From positions 310,001-374,000 of the forward strand of contig NW_027271164.1 of assembly GCF_040938485.1 (NCBI RefSeq): DNA of 64,000 nucleotides. Reading direction: 5' to 3'. Position numbers and translations under genes: made by a program. The notes under the pieces are model-generated. The model was not told where the DNA came from. It did not search any database and worked only from the letters and a program-made list of their open reading frames with translations. The DNA is from Diadema antillarum (lineage: Eukaryota). Below, one piece after another: positions 61,600 to 64,000 of this stretch. How positions within the stretch are numbered: the first letter of the stretch is position 1; each line of letters starts with the position of its first letter.

Positions 61600-62080
61600 T
61601 TTTATTTTCTAAATTCTTCTAAGAATACAGTTTTTTATAAAGGTCCATTAATATGGACCGAAATACCATTTGATTTGAAAATGAAACTGTCTTTGAATAG
61701 TTTTAAAAGGAATTATAAATTTTTACTCCTGAATTCATATTTTCATTCAGAATGATTATTTCATAATTGCACTTATATATGTCTTTTGATTTGTTCTTCA
61801 GTCCTGTCCCTTTCTTTTCCTCCTTAGTTTCGTTTCTATACTCCCGATATATTTTACACAGTATTTATGTTTTCTAGGGGTCAGCGATTTACAAGGTTAT
61901 ATTGCTCTTCTCTGTTGACCCCCCATTCACATGAATTTACGCATCGGCTCTTGTTCTTGTTGTTTTGTGTATGTGTGTGTATTTCTTTTGATATTCATAT
62001 ATGTATCTATGTGTTTTCATTGTATGAATTGCTTGATGATTTTATGTCGAATGGAAATAGATTTGAACTTTGAACTTGAA
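61600..62080 (+). mobile_element. LINE 3' UTR remnant (L2/CR1 group)
   Basis: Stem-loop GGGGTCA...ACAAG...TGACCCC at 61877-61922 and a GGAAATAGA(TTTGAAC)n tail, the same layout as the 13.1-13.4 kb element. The 5' boundary is approximate. Confidence 0.45.
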
Positions 62081-63009
62081 TTTTACCATTCTAATGTTTT
62101 ATTCCCGACCTCAAAATATTACGGTACAGTCACAGTATCATGGTTTACATGGCATTGCCATTTACACTTCCGTACATTTTCGTGGTCATGCACCGCACGC
62201 AATCCATTGCATTGCCATTGGTATTGAGCCTTGATTCAGGGTCCCACGTACCTCCCTAAAACATTGCATGCCTACTATAGGACATGAAGATTAACTGCAG
62301 GTACTCAAGTTCATGTACACGGCCATAACAAATAGATCTCCGTATAGTGAGTACTAGTATTCAAAATAGAAAGCAGACATCGTATCGAAGAGTATCAGAG
62401 CATGGAGCTACAGCTCACCAGGGAGGCGGTGAGATAAACGCTTAGAAACGCACACAGCGGCAATGCTCCCTGGTTTTACCTATAAAAGAGGAATAGTTTA
62501 CAAGGACATTGAAAAACCTTTGTTGGTCGTAAAGGAGTCTGCGCCGAGACTACTATGCACCACTGACACTACCCTATAAGGCCCTGACACGGGTAAATAT
62601 TTCCCCATAGAGACGTGTGTTAAATTTAAAAAGAAAAAAGAAAAAGAAAAATAAATCTGTAAAATAGCTGGGAGAAATGAGGTGTTTCATCTTCACCTTA
62701 AGCCGAAAAGTGAGATATACCCTTTCATCCATCGAATTTCCATTGGGGGTTCTTCAGCGCAGACTCTGTCCAAGGGTTCGCAAAGCCAGACTACGAGTTC
62801 TTTAATACTAAAAAGTCACTCATTATCATTAAAGACATAGAACCTGCTCCCCAGAGAGTGGCTGGTCATTAAGCAGTGAGACATGGAAGAGTGATATTGA
62901 TATGGAATAGAGAATATTATTATCTCCCTATCTATGCGGCAGATCCAGTTTGGCACTTTCAATATGCAAACGTCCAACAATTTCAATTAATTTTAACCCC
63001 CTATCAGTG

Positions 63010-63170
63010 CATGGTGGATCCAGGGGGCGCCCCCCTTAATTTTTTTTTTTTTTTTTTTTTTTTTTTGCTAAAACAGAAGAAACAAAAAGAAAAAATGGGG
63101 AGGGGTGCGTGCGCCCCGTTTAATTTTGTAAAGGCGCCCCTTCTTTACGGAATTCCTGGATCCGCCCCTG
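63010..63170. mobile_element. Short hAT-like MITE
   Basis: Left CATGGTGGATCCAGG and right CCTGGATCCGCCCCTG (reverse complement CAGGGGCGGATCCAGG), with GCGCCCC internal repeats. Confidence 0.55.
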
Positions 63171-64000
63171 CCTATAGTCAACTCCTCTCTCGCTATGTTG
63201 ACTCTTCTACATTTATCATTTTGATAATTCTATCATAAACTTATCTCCGTTCCTGCTGATGTCATATGGACATATTCCTTTACAAACCAACTTATCTCAA
63301 GCTATTTTGCTTGTCTAATGTTGCCATTAGCATTTACTGGGGATACTTAACAGGATAGGAACGTTTGAAAGTTGTCAAAACGAATAATGATATATTTTGA
63401 ACCCATATGTTGACATGATTCAAATGCCTAAAGTGCATTTTTCGCCACTCAGATTTTAATCATAAAGAAATTTAAAGACTCCATTATGCATGAAATAGGC
63501 AATAAGACTTCGCAATCATCCCTTTACGTAATTTATGTGATTTTCTCGTTGTTGCACTATTCGTAATCAAAGTGGAATATTATTAACAACAAGTTGTAAT
63601 ATCATTTTAATCAATCAAAAAAAAATATGGTGAATAACAACCATTTTGCGTTGTGATCATGTTCCTTTTAAACGTTTGACAGTATGGTGTCTATTAAGAG
63701 CCGATTGATTTGTGTCTTGAGCATAAAAAAGACGACAATAAACAGTAGATTGAGGATCATGACACATTCATTTTAATCTTTGTCATTACTGATTACATTT
63801 TTTTGGTGATTTCATAACAGATTCATTGTGGCTACTTTCAATATGATCATACTGGTATACATTTTACTGCTTCTCTATTGGTCAAGTATAATCAGAATAA
63901 AGTTACAATCAACTCGTTACTAATCAAAAACTGAAACGTAATTTTGTTATCTTTGAACAACGCTCTTTCCGGGAAGAACTTGTTTACAACGAATAGTTAC

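Overview
Eukaryotic, AT-rich, repeat-laden invertebrate DNA. It is probably echinoderm/sea-urchin-like, inferred only from the repeat families and EGF style. There are three N gaps. The window is dominated by two tandem, plus-strand, multi-exon paralogues encoding non-canonical Notch-ligand-like type I membrane proteins. Gene 1 (14866-28285, start exon unresolved) reads C2/MNNL-DSL-23 EGF + one 4-Cys EGF-SEA-like domain-TM-short tail. Gene 2 (35929-56430, complete, 1022 aa) reads signal peptide-C2/MNNL-DSL-10 EGF + one 4-Cys EGF-TM-343-aa Tyr/Pro-rich tail with 18 tyrosines. I built both models by hand from GT-AG junctions, and every phase is consistent. The pair shares intron positions and three exact exon lengths. 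Both lack the DOS motif and each keeps only part of the DSL Notch-binding face. They differ in EGF number, juxtamembrane module and tail, so gene 2 looks more like a signalling receptor than a ligand. Also present: a tRNA-Leu(CAG), a 5'-truncated L2/CR1-group LINE, two tRNA-derived SINEs, several MITE/foldback elements, a probable hAT transposase relic and many microsatellites. No prokaryotic features or CRISPR arrays.
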